Of a stretch of DNA of 64,000 nucleotides, positions 38,701-51,600 are shown in pieces; position 1 is the stretch's first letter, and the number at the start of each line of letters is the position of its first letter. Below the pieces are notes generated by a model. The model ran no database searches. It was not told the origin of the DNA and was given only the letters and a program-made list of their open reading frames with translations. The position numbers were made by a program, and so were the translations under genes. Source of the DNA: Antedon mediterranea. Lineage: Eukaryota; Animalia; Echinodermata. The DNA is taken from NCBI RefSeq assembly GCF_964355755.1, contig NC_092670.1, positions 40,598,388 to 40,662,387 on the forward strand, in the 5' to 3' direction.

Positions 38701-41700
38701 TATTGATTTTCTACACAAAATGAATATGATAACTAAGTAACAATAAACATATATATATACAAGAAAGATGTGTGGCTGGTGGGCAAATAAGTTCAAAGAA
38801 CTTTAAGGCTTACCCACCAGAAAAGATACAATAAACATAATCAGGTATGACGAGTACGATATACATAGTAAGAATATAAAATAAGAAGTAAAAACTTCAA
38901 AGCTCTGCCTACACTATCGAATGTGAATCTGTGCCCATATTTGGATATGATGATGTCATATCACTACCATATTTGGCTATATCACTACCATATTTGGGCA
39001 CATCATACTTTTTTGTTAAACTAGTTTAATAGTGTAGACTTTAGAGATTCTTAAAAAAAAAAAAAAAAAAAAATTACTGTAAAAGGTAATAAGGACTGTC
39101 TTGCAATCACTCCAAAAGCAAACAAAAAGGACAGGGATACATAAATATATTGTAGTATTATATGATGATGAACTTGCCTAAGCTCTGATATGATGATGAA
39201 CTTGCCTAAGCTCTGATATGATTTTTCTTTTCATACAGGCTATAATACCACCATTGTTAGCAATGGTTAAGTCTCCTTGTTTGTGGGTTATTAGTATTTC
39301 TCACTTTGCTAATAACTATGGATTCTATACAATGCTTACAAATTTACCAGCGTATATGAAGAATATATTGGGATTTGATATCACTAAAGTAAGTACAAAA
39401 AATATTTATATTTACAGTATTTTGTATTTAATTTGTGACTAAAAATGTGATATTTCTACCAATAATCTGTATCAATCGTTGAGAAAGACCTATGATGGTC
39501 TAAAATGTTTGTGATAAAATCTTAAAATAAATTTTGGCAAATTAACTTTTAACTTGTATGTACATTTTTATTCCGGATATTGCATATATTAGTAGGAGGA
39601 GCTAATTAGCATTTCCTGTCACCAACTTTGGTGCTTAGTGCACATAATTATTATTGTTTTGTATTCACTTGATCTTGAAAATGGTTCTATGATGGTACCG
39701 AAACGTCGATCTCTCTTTTTGTCGTTAAATTTTATATTGAAATTATATAGTAAACGTCTTTTAATTTGTTTACCTATGCAGCACTACCAATTTTAATTTT
39801 TTTTCATTATCTAATTTGTGACTGCATGCACATTATTTTGGTACTGTATATACGAATATGGCATTATTTGGTCAGTATCACACAAATTCTGTGTCACATA
39901 TGAATTCTGTATCAAGGAATTATATTAAATACAGCAGCATATGTGAAATTGTTCCTATGATACAAGAATCACATGTGATACATATGTGATGCTATATCAC
40001 AGAAATTGTCTATCATACTCAACAAATGTGTAGATACAGTGTGAAGATTTGGCAAGTATAAGATGTGTATCTCTTTTTAATAACCACTATTTGTTTACTT
40101 CTAGACTGGTTATCTATCAGCCGTACCGTACTTGTTCAATTGGTTGATTATCATAACAGGTGGTCTAGTGGCCGACTACTTAAGATTTAATAGAATTCTA
40201 AGTACAACAAACACCAGAAAATTATTTAATACTTTGGGTATGTACACTTATATTGTATACATAAAAGAAATGAACATGTAGATCCTTTTTCATATAGACT
40301 ATCTCTATCACTACTTTAATGAATGAAAAATATAAATAATGATTACTCAATCCAGTACTATTTTTAATAGTTTGACAAATTATCTCATTAAATGTTCATG
40401 TTCGTGTTCTTTCTTTTCAGGTATGACACTGCCAGCGACGTTCCTTGTACTCACAGGATACGTTGGTTGCAATAAACCATTAGCGATTACGTGTTTGATT
40501 GTAGCAGTTGCCTGCGGTGGATTCTCCATGTCGGGATTTAATGTAAATCATTTAGATATCGCACCAAAGTACGCTGGCGTGCTGATGGGATTCTCAAATA
40601 CTATAGCAACGATTCCCGGCTTCGTTGGCCCAACAATTGTTGGCGTTCTAACTGAAAACAATGTAAGTTGTATTGCCAATTTATTACATCTTTTCCAATT
40701 AAATATTTTGATTAAAGACTTCATTATTAGGACATACAGCCTACAATACTTGAGAAATGTGTGGATGAGAAAGACAAGAGTCTTAAAGGAAGTAGCTTGG
40801 TGCTTAGTGTCCTTACTTAATACCACTACCTACATAAGCAGACACAACTTAATACCACTACCTACATAAGCAGGCACAACTTAATACCACTACCTACATA
40901 CGCAGACACAACTTAATACCACTATCTACATAAGCAGACACAACTTAATACCACTATCTACATAAGCAGACACAACTTAATACCACTACCTACATAAGCA
41001 AACACAACTTAATACCACTACCTACATAAGTAGACACAACTTAATACCACTACCTACATAAGTAGACACAACTTAATACCACTACCTACATAAGCAGACA
41101 CAACTTAATACCACTACCTACATAAGCAGACACAACTTAATATCACTACCTACATAAGCAGACACAACTTAATACCACTACCTACATAAGCAGACACAAC
41201 TTAATACCACTACCTACACATGCAGACACAACTTAATATCACTACCTACATAAGCAGACACAACTTAATACCACTACCTACATAAGCAGACACAACTTAA
41301 TACCACTACCTACATACGCAGACACAACTTAATAGCACTACCTACATAAGCAGACACAACTTAATACCACTACCTACATAAGCAGACACAACTTAATACC
41401 ACTACCTACATAAGCAGACACAACTTAATACCACTACCTACATAAGCAGACACAACTTAATACCACTACCTACATAAGCAGACACAACTTAATACCACTA
41501 CCTACATAAGCAGACACAACTTAATACCACTACCTACATAAGCAAACACAACTTAATACCACTACCTACATAAGCAGACACAACTTAATACCACTACCTA
41601 CATAAGAAGACACAACTTAATACCACTACCTAAAGCAGACACAACTTAATACCGCTACCTACATAAGCAGACACAACTTAATACCACTACCTACATAAGC

Positions 41701-43197
41701 AGACACAACTTAATACCACTACCTACATAAGCAAACACAACTTAATACCACTACCTACATAAGCAGACACAACCTAATACCACTACCTACATAAGAAGAC
41801 ACAACTTAATACCACTACCTACATAAGCAGACACAACTTAATACCACTACCTACATAAGCAGGCACAACTTAATACCACTACCTACATAAGCAGACACAA
41901 CTTAATACCACTACCTACATAAGCAGACACAACTTAATACCACTACCTACATAAGCAGACACAACTTAATACCACTACCTACATAAGCAGACACAACTTA
42001 ATACCACTACCTACATAAGCAGACACAACCTAATACCACTACCTACATAAGAAGACACAACTTAATACCACTACCTACATAAGCAGACACAACTTAATAC
42101 CACTACCTACATAAGCAGACACAACTTAATACCACTACCTACATAAGCAGATACAACTTAATAACACTACCTACATAAGCAAACACAACTTAATACCACT
42201 ACCTACATAAGCAGGCACAACTTAATACCACTACCTACATAAGCAGACACAACTTAATACCACTACCTACATAAGCAGACACAACTTAATACAACTACCT
42301 ACATAAGCAGACACAACCTAATACCACTACCTACATAAGAAGACACAACTTAATACCACTACCTACATAAGCAGACACAACTTAATACCACTACCTACAT
42401 AAGCAGACACAACTTAATACCACTACCTACATAAGCAGACACAACTTAATACCACTACCTACATAAGCAGACACAACTTAATACCACTACCTACATAAGC
42501 AGACACAACTTAATACCACTACCTACATAAGCAGACACAACTTAATATCACTACCTACATAAGCAGACACAACTTAATACCACTACCTACATAAGCAGAC
42601 ACAACTTAATACCACTACCTACATAAGCAGACACAACTTAATACCACTACCTACATAAGCAGACACAACTTAATATCACTACCTACATAAGCAGACACAA
42701 CTTAATACCACTACCTACATAAGCAGACACAACTTAATACCACTACCTACATACGCAGACACAACTTAATACCACTACCTACATAAGCAGACACAACTTA
42801 ATACCACTACCTACATAAGCAGACACAACTTAATACCACTACCTACATAAGCAGACACAACTTAATACCACTACCTACATAAGCAGACACAACCACACTA
42901 CTGTACTTTGCCCCACACAACGTAACTTTGATAGTTTTCACTCACATTTTGTAACTTATTTTTTACCAGGAAACAAGAAAACAATGGCAAATCGTGTTTT
43001 GGATTTGCTGCGGTGTTTATTTACTTGGTTTCATTACTTATCTTATATTTGGTTCTGGTGTTGAACAAGAATGGGCCAAAGATTCTTACAATGATTCAAA
43101 AACAACAGAGCCTCTTCTGCAAGAAAGTAAGGATGAGGGTAGGTTACCCTATGAAGTACCGTACTTAGCCAATGATAGTGCCATACAAAAAAAATAG
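32745..43197 (+). CDS. SLC17A5: Sialin-like SLC17 transporter, copy 2, ORF intact, ~510 aa
   Basis: Exons 32745-32790, 35519-35709, 36966-37196, 37661-37748, 38062-38157, 38544-38671, 39239-39388, 40105-40237, 40421-40662 and 42970-43197; splice sites preserved. Ends AIQKK* versus [12 protein letters not shown] because of an extra A in a homopolymer and a resulting TAG. Confidence 0.85.
33174..33262. repeat. ~32-bp tandem repeat x~3 inside the foldback element
   Basis: GCACGCTCCCCCATCATCAGAGAGGAAGCCCG repeated. Confidence 0.85.
33385..34150. mobile_element. Nested element bounded by a perfect 28-bp inverted repeat and rich in TTGCGCAA palindromes
   Basis: ATGATATTGTTATGCGCGATTTGAACGA (33385-33412) is inverted at 34123-34150; 12 TTGCGCAA at 33414-33614 and 4 at ~34030-34112. 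Confidence 0.75.
35820..36754. mobile_element. Mutator-like (MULE/foldback) non-autonomous element with long TIRs and 10-bp TSD
   Basis: GGTCAGTCTAATTACCGAA / TTCGGTAATTAGACTGACC termini, AACCGAAAAC subrepeats, inverted similarity extending >200 bp. CTATGAAACC is duplicated at 35810-35819 and 36755-36764 and single at the empty site in copy 1 (~21456). Confidence 0.9.
37307..37610 (+). mobile_element. 5'-truncated SINE, same family as 27987-28370
   Basis: AAGACAGTGGAACCGTA...CTCGGATAAGGACTATAAACCGTAGGTCC...GAGTAGGGGGTTACCCG; tail ACTGAAGAGACTACCCAGTACAA followed by (TAAA)n. Only the tail is present at the equivalent site in copy 1 (22446-22492). Confidence 0.85.
39655..39815 (+). mobile_element. 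Possible Penelope-like element terminal (pLTR) remnant
   Basis: CTTGAAAATGGTTC...GGTACCGAAACGTCG resembles a degenerate minimal hammerhead core. The downstream TAAATTTTAT...TTATATAGTAAACGTCT also occurs at ~47815-47855 and ~47960-48002. Confidence 0.4.
40815..42895. repeat. 32-bp minisatellite, ~65 units, intron 9 of SLC17 copy 2
   Basis: Same unit as 25821-26692. Confidence 0.95.
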
Positions 43198-44285
43198 TAT
43201 TGTACCTGTACAAACATGAGTCAATGGAACAGTATGAACTCTGACCTTGGCCAATACATTACAATTGTTGATTTTCTTATTAACATTTATTTCTAACAAT
43301 AACATAAATCATGTGCCAATATACCAATACCTCATAGTACTAGACAATGGCTGTTGATCTGTGGGACAGATTATATTGACTAGGATTTACCACGACGACA
43401 ACATTCCATTGCAGTTAGTTTCCTTCAATTGTTTGAATAATTTTTAATATTATTATTTAATTTGTTTATTTCATATCCATATTTTATAGTTTTTAAAAAC
43501 TTCATATCAACATGCACATAAATAATAAATAGTATTAGTTGAGTACTTAGATTTTTACAAAGATTGTGGTCGTGATTGTGAACCCAATTCTTTTAGATGC
43601 TGTGAGGAATGAAAAGTAAAAGTTTTTAATATAAAATTTTCCTAGTGCAATACTGTATTATAATTGTTATAATAAATTGAATGATAAGGTTGGAGGTCAG
43701 AGGTCTCATTTAAATATAACCTGTCGAGTATATTCCACGAGGCTAGAATAAAACAAGGGAAGTGGTGGATCTAATGGGTAACGGATATAACGTCATAGGC
43801 AAAACAATGCGAGTTGACCAATCACAAGTGACAGTTTGAATGATCTATCCGTCTTCTGATTGGTCAAGTACTTGTGGTGCGCTTACGTCCTTGCATTGTG
43901 TCTGAGTGGGAATCAAGCTTCATTTTGCAGCCATGCCTTTGGGATTATTGTGCGTGTAATTAAGCATCACGGAAAACAACATTTCATGTTCGCCTTGTTT
44001 TGGTCATGACAATAAAGATTTATCTTATCTGTGAAAATATATCATTTTTGTTCATATTCTTCTATGTCATCTAATGTGGAACTGACTGATGGTTTTGTAC
44101 ACAGAACAGAATCAAATATTATAAAAGTAACTATGGTTGTTGTAGTATGTTACCATCATTCAGACAGTAACTATGGTTGTTGTAGTATGTTACCATCATC
44201 ATCAGACAGATCTTAATTCAAATACTTTGTGCATTACATAGTCAAATTGAAAAGAAGTAGATTGAATATTCAGTAGAACCCTTTT

Positions 44286-44435
44286 TAAGTCACCTTTGGA
44301 ACCCAAGAGTTTCTCCTCTTAATAGGGTTTGGCAATTAAGTCACCTTTGGAACCCAAGAGTTTCCCCTCTTAATAGGGTTTGGCAATTAAGTCACCTTTG
44401 GAACCCAAGAGTTTCCCCTCTTAATAGGGTTTGGC
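44286..44435. repeat. 51-bp tandem repeat x~3
   Basis: TAAGTCACCTTTGGAACCCAAGAGTTTCCCCTCTTAATAGGGTTTGGCAAT. Confidence 0.9.
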
Positions 44436-45690
44436 CATAGTGGTAAAAGATATGTTTTTTCCATTCTTTTCATGAGGGTTGTTGCAAGAGGGGTTTGCTA
44501 TTAATATCAATTGTGTTTTTCAAATACAGTAAAAGTTAATCACCATCATCAGTACGAATGACTGGGTTTTCACCAATTACACTTATTTCAAGTCATGCCT
44601 AAGTGTGAATCATTTTAAAATCGAGTGGGAAAACTGTTTTATGTATTTTTGTCGTCACATATAAAATATAAACATTAATATTGTTAAAAACACAAGAGAA
44701 GAGACAAAATGAATATGTAAACTTTCGTTGTTTTACTTGCTATGCAAATAACTCTTAAGCCTAAATAAATGGTACAGAATTATATGAGCTACATTTACAT
44801 TTATCCAGCAACTCTCAGGATCCAGGCAGCAACTCCCAGGGTCTTCTAGCAACGTTCTGAACAGTGCAGCAATATTCAAATACTATATTAACAGATCTTT
44901 AAAGAACCAGTAAATCAAAATTTTGTTTAAAAAATGTAAATTCACAGCAACAGTTAGTATCTTTTGACGCCCGGAAATGTAATTAAACATGTGTTAAACA
45001 TATAGTTATTTGATGCATATTTTCTCATAGTATATTTTATATCGTTTACGTCACATGCTGTTCTCTTTATATTTCAGTACATATACAAGAAGAGGGAAAA
45101 TAAAGTGATACTTTAATAAACATTATATCGTGACCATGAGACAAATCTCAAATGCAATTGTGTATTTTTCCTCTTCATATTTCAGTAAAAATAAGAGCAA
45201 CATTCCTAAAAACATTATACTCTAAGCATGAAAAAAAAATCTGGCAGTACCAAGATTTTAAAGCATATATCGTAACCATGAGACAAATCTCAAAGAAATT
45301 GTGTATTTACCTTTTTGGTATTTCAGTACAATTACAAAAAAAATATTAATAGTTCTATAAACAACCCTTATATGAAAAAACATTAAAAAAATCATTGCAG
45401 AAACAAGGTTCTCTTGTACTGTAGGCAAACATTCTACAATTCCACGCTGCTTAATTTGATTATGAATATTTATGAACACCTCAACAATAATTAACATAAC
45501 ATGTGTTTCTTTATTTAAAAAACAAAGCGTGAGTGAGGGTGGTTACAATTTCCATTATTCAAGCTTTCGGTACAAAATTTCTAGTAATGATTTTGTTTGT
45601 GTAAACACATTAGAGAGTTGTACTTCTTTACACAGTCAAAAGAATCTTTACCTACTTAGTAGACGGACTAATTATTGTTTTATTCGTATT

Positions 45691-48600
45691 TTAACTAGTG
45701 TCCATAAATGTGTCGCCCCCTGGACCAGAGTTGTCTTTCTGAATTCCGTCAAATATTGTAGACATCTCAGGACTCCCTCGAATCTGAGTCACAAATTCAT
45801 TTAACATTGGATTTTTATCTAAAAAAAGAAAAACAAAATTATCATCAATTCATAAATTTATGAAAAGTAAATTACAAAGACAGTGCGCTTTAAGTAAAAA
45901 TAATGTAATTTAAATAAATGTGTCTCATGTCTCTTGAATGGTTTATGTAGTTTGTTCGCCTGAATTGAAAGCATCAGATTATAAGCATGCATATTCATAT
46001 TTCAATTTTTAAAATCCCTTTTTGAGATGAATTCTAGTTCCTTTAGTACTTCAAATATTTCTTGCTTTATTTGAAGCTAAAAATTGCGCAACCAATCAGA
46101 GCTAAGGAGTTATGACACGTTCATGAGCACCCGCTCACTAACTAGGCAGAACAATTTAAGCCCAAGATAACGTACCACTATCTGGCATCGCTAACAACGC
46201 TACTACCGCCCTCATTGCCGATCTCTTTAGTTCGTCTTGTTTCTCAAATTCTTGCTTCACTGAATTTGCTTTCACTTTTGTCGTACAAGTGGTCCGTAGT
46301 GGTTCTATTAATCTATCCAGTCCTAAAAAATTAAATAGAAATCAATATATTTCAACTGATTTAAACATTATTGACATATTTCCACGTACAGTACAACTCT
46401 TAATAACAAATTTTTTCAATCTTCTATCAACTAAAAGTTGCGGTTAGTCATATGTCCATGCTACAATCACCGTACAGATAGGCTGCTACATTAGTAAGTT
46501 GCGGTTAGTCATTTGTCCATGCTACAATTGCCGTACAGATAGGCTGCTACATTAGTAAGTTGCGGTTAGTCATATGTCCATGCTACAATCACCGTACAGA
46601 TAGGCTGCTACATTAGTAAGTTGCGGTTAGTCATGTGTCCATGCTACAATCGCTGTACAGATAGGCTGCTACATTAGTAAGTTGTGGTTAGTCATGTGTC
46701 CATGCTACAATCGCTGTACAGATAGGCTGCTACATTAGTAAGTTGTGGTTAGTCATGTGTCCATGCTACAATCGCTGTACAGATAGGCTGCTACATTAGT
46801 AAGTTGCGGTTAGTCATGTGTCCATGCTACAATCGCTGTACAGATAGGCTGCTACATTAGTAAGTTGCGGTTAGTCATGTGTCCATGCTACAATCGCTGT
46901 ACAGATAGGCTGCTACATTAGTAAGTTGTGGTTAGTCATGTGTCCATGCTACAATCGCTGTACAGATAGGCTGCTACATTAGTAAGTTGCGGTTAGTCAT
47001 GTGTCCATGCTACAATCACCGTACAGATAGGCTGCTACATTACTTCTTCTATGAATGGATGGCTAGTTGGTGACAAGATCATACCCAGTACCATTTTGAT
47101 TTTACGATCATTTGGAAAACCACTTTACGAATTTATAAATTTGTTTATATCAATTAAAGTTACAATAACATCTTTGATAATTTAATACTAAAGATGTATC
47201 ATATTCGCCTCGTGCAAATATGACATTGCACTCATAAATATTCATTATTTGTATAATATTAAATGGAATCAGTTCCAGGAATAAAAGACAAATAGATTTA
47301 ATAATCATGATTCTAGTAATAGACTGACTTACTTTGTAACATGGCATGTGGACAAAGGCTGGACAGGCGCACCAACATTAAATATGTCAACATCTGAAAA
47401 TATAAACACATTGTTTGTAAAACACAAAATATCAATCAACTGAATTTATTATATAAAGATTGATTCTTTGGAAGAAATAGACTGATGAGATGGAATGGAT
47501 TGACAAAATGGGATGATATGGCTGATATGGATATAATTTGTTTAATCGTAATGATCTTTTCAGTGAGGTGATTGGATGAAAGTGAGTAATAGGATTGGGA
47601 GGATGGATTAGATTGATGATATGTGATTAGATGAATACAATTGATTTAATACCTTAATATCGTAATGATCTTTCAAGCCCTCCTCAACATGGTTCAAAAA
47701 TTCAAAAATATCAACTCTATTGAGACAGGAGTCAAGCAGTGTGTACATGCACTCAAACGCTGCCTGTAAAAACAAAGAAAAATCCTCATGAAAATCGTTG
47801 ATCTTTTGTGCCATTAAATTTTATTTTAAAGTTATATAGTAAACGTCTCTTAATTCATTTTATTGGTATTATAATGAGTGTTTAAGTTAAAAAAACAATA
47901 ATTTATCCAATAATGGCATATTATTGTACAGATGTGTATTTAAATCGTTTTTTGTTTCATTAAATTTTATTTTAAAGTTATATAGTAAACGTCTCTTAAT
48001 TCACAATTATAATCATATTATAAATGAGTATCTCACCTTCCTAATATCCAAACCATCGTCAACTGTGTGTTTAAAAGGACCCATCTCTACTTCCCTGATC
48101 AACTCTTTTCTCACGTTGGTTTCATTGTAAAGATTTGGTAAGATCTCATCCAACAGATCCCGCACCAATGACGGCTTGTTATGCGCGGCTGAGTTGAACG
48201 TTACTAATGACACTCTGCGTACATTTAAGTCTGTGTCTTCCATCGTCTTGAGGAAATCGCCGATGCATGACTTCAGCAATGGATCGATAGGTTGTGGCTG
48301 GTAGAAATAACGTGAGGTATTTCAAATTTAATTTATAAAACCACAAATTTATTTATTTATGGCTCTACCCTAAGGAATGAAGGGTCAACTATCAGGTATC
48401 AATACACTCTAGCTTAAAATCAAAGAGACTCACTTGATCTGAGATTGTGTACTTGACTGCAGTCACTACTGTACTTCTTGTGAATGCTGAAGGACTCGTT
48501 AGAAAATCCTAATGAGAATGAAAAAAAATATATGTTAATTCTTCTTGAAGGTGTAACATAAAAAAGTGATTTAAATATTATTTTATTTACAAAAAATGTT

Positions 48601-51600
48601 GTCACAGACATTCAATTATGTCACAGAACTTGCACATTACAATGAACATAATTATCAATTTAATTATAGTCAAGTGGAAGTTCTTACCTTAAGTTTAGGG
48701 AGTAGTGTAACAGGATCTATGAGAGTCAATTTACCAAGGCATTCTGCTACTACATTACGTGTTCCTTCTTCAGGGCATTCACAATGTTTGAATAACATTG
48801 CCCTAGAAACAAAATAACCATGTGTGAGGTCAAGATCTGATGTGTTTCATCTAGACAGAATTCCATTTGTATGATACCCTAACCAACTTAAAATCGTTCT
48901 TTCTAAGATACAGTATGAATAATTGGGCGATTATTTTAAGAAATAGGCAATTATTGTATCCCAATAGCATGGGGACTGAGTTTTATTTATCAAACCAGTT
49001 GTTTTTCTTTTATGGAATGGATTTTATCTAAAAATTAAGCGGAAAAAAAATTGCTTAGCTTAGTTTTAAAATTATGATAATAATAAAATGATGATTTCTT
49101 ACCAAATACTAGCAACATACTCCTGTAATCCTGTCACTGAGCTTTTTGATTGACAAGTAATGATCTAAAATAATAGAACATAGTAACGTTGAAATACATG
49201 TCAACACAAGTCAGCAAGCAAATGTAGGCCTATGAGACAGCAGAGATAGGGGGTTACCCCGGTGTATGGGTCCATCTCAACCCCTGTCATTGTGGACATA
49301 TAAATTAGTATGGCTTGATGGATGTTTAAAAAAAGGACGCTTTATGAGATGAAGGTTGTATCATGTGTCACCCACACCTGTGAGCAATTCGGTCCAGTAG
49401 ATTATATTTAACATAGCAAAAGTAATCTATTATTCATTAGCTCAACAGACCTACAATTTAGAGGCAGTAAGCTTCTACAAATAACCATTTATTTATAAGG
49501 ACCAAAAAGAAGTTTGATATATTTGAGTATGGTATGTAGACTTGCCTCTTTTAGTGAGTGTAGTAGAAGATACTGCCTCTTGGGTTGACTTTCAATCTCT
49601 TGTAAGACAAATGGTAGATACAGGGGCAGATTACCAACACTTACATTACCTGAAATATAAATAAAAGTATATATAGTATACAGCTGATAAAGTCCACAGA
49701 AAATATTCGGGGAAAAAGGCATATGTCAATATTCTGCAAAGGGTTGACTACCTGACTGTTTAGCAGTTATGTAATAAAGGTTTTATTTAAATGGTTGAAT
49801 AATTTGAAGATAAAAACAAGATACCTAATGCAAAGGAAGCAGCTGACTTGACTTCTTCACTTGGTAAAGAAAAGCAGTTTATGAGTACTGTCTGTAGGCC
49901 TGTTTGTTTACTCATGTCCCTGTCATATTCAATAGAAAAACAAACATTTTAAATGTAAGTAAATAGATTTATGCTTTCTGTACGTGAGAAGTAAGCTGTT
50001 AGATCATTGTACTAAGCCTCAGCATTATGTGGTATGGTTGTCAGTTCCTTACCACGTCCAACCTTGTTTTTAATTTTTATTTATTTACTTTTTCATTTAT
50101 TTAAAAACATATGTATACAGGATTAAAACATATCAGGTATAGATTTAGCACCTGTTTTACATATCCTCTTAGTATTTTTTCAACTGGTACTCATTTACAG
50201 TTGTGTTTTCTGGGAGTTGTTCTTATTTAGAAATTGAACTTGGCTTAGTCTGTACTTGACTCAACTACCGTCTGGTGCAAAAAATGTTTTAACTTACACA
50301 TGTTTACCAATCTCTCCAATAGATAACAGAGCAAACAGCTTAACAGAATCTGATGATTTGGGGTTCTAATGGGAAAAGGAATAACAAATGAGCAATATAA
50401 TACTGCAGTCAGCCTATCATAATAAATATAATGTATGCAGATTAAAAAGGTAAAACATTAAGAGATAAATTGATAGTTTGCTAGGGTGAATTACGATATA
50501 TATAATATGACGCTTTCCTAATAATTAATAGTAAAATAAAAAACAAAATACCTTAATATCAGTGATGAATTGTGTGACGACGCCAGCACTCTCTGAGGCG
50601 GTATTGATGGTTAATACAGCAACACATTTGGCAACTGAATGAAACGCCTACAATGTTTAAACATAATCATGTTAGCTACAAGTTAACAACATAAAAATGT
50701 GTACAGTATATGATTTGTTAAATTCTTGTGAAATGGTGCTCACAGAGATGAGACAGTGACTTGTACATTAAGTTCACATCTAGTTCAATGGTGCTCACAG
50801 AGATGAGACAGTGACTTGTACATTAAGTTCACATCTAGTTAAATGGTGCTCACAGAGATGAGACAGTGACTTGTACATTAAGGTCACATCTAGTTAAATG
50901 GTGCTCACAGAGATGAGACAGTGACTTGTACATCTAGTTATCATATATATCATATCATTTATTTCGGCAAATTTCAAATACAGTAAGAAATAAAAACAGT
51001 ACAAAAGTAAATGAATGAGGCAGGATCACCTAAAAGTAAATGAATGAGGCAGGATCACCTAAAAGTAAATCAATGAGGCAGGATCACCTAAAAGTAAATC
51101 CATGAGGCAGGATCACCTAAAAGTTATGAATAAAAATAACCATCGAGAGGCTCTCTACATAGACATACTTACATAAAATAAATTACACACATAAATAGAC
51201 ATGATAATGTCATATCACTACCATATTTAGGCATGTCACTACCATATTTAGGCATGTCACTACCATATTTAGGCATGTCACTACCATATTTAGGCATGTC
51301 ACTACCATATTTGGGCACACCACACTTTTTTGTCAAACTAGTTTGATAGTGTAGACAGAGCTTAAGGAGAATTGAGTGTACCTGCTTATGCACTGCATAC
51401 TGTGCACTGGGTGGTTGAGTTGCTTCTGTTGGGTTGTATACTGGTTCTGTTAAACAACGTAGTAAATCTGCATATGTCATTCCAGGTGTTGACGTGGATA
51501 CTAATGTCTTAAAGAATTCCAACATCGCATCTAGGGCACCACCTATTAAAGTGTATACACAGATGTTATCATTAACACATTTTCAATATTACAAGGAGGT

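Larger units (their letters stand above)
28593..43418. repeat. Tandem segmental duplication, copy 2
   Basis: Collinear with 10248-27267 except that ~12985-15250 and ~16550-20397 are absent and 32959-35191 and 35820-36754 are inserted. Confidence 0.9.

Noticed and set aside
40815-42895. CRISPR-like appearance of the 31-32-bp repeat arrays (also 25091-26692)
   Set aside because: Units are contiguous with no unique spacers, there are no cas genes, and the context is a eukaryotic intron.
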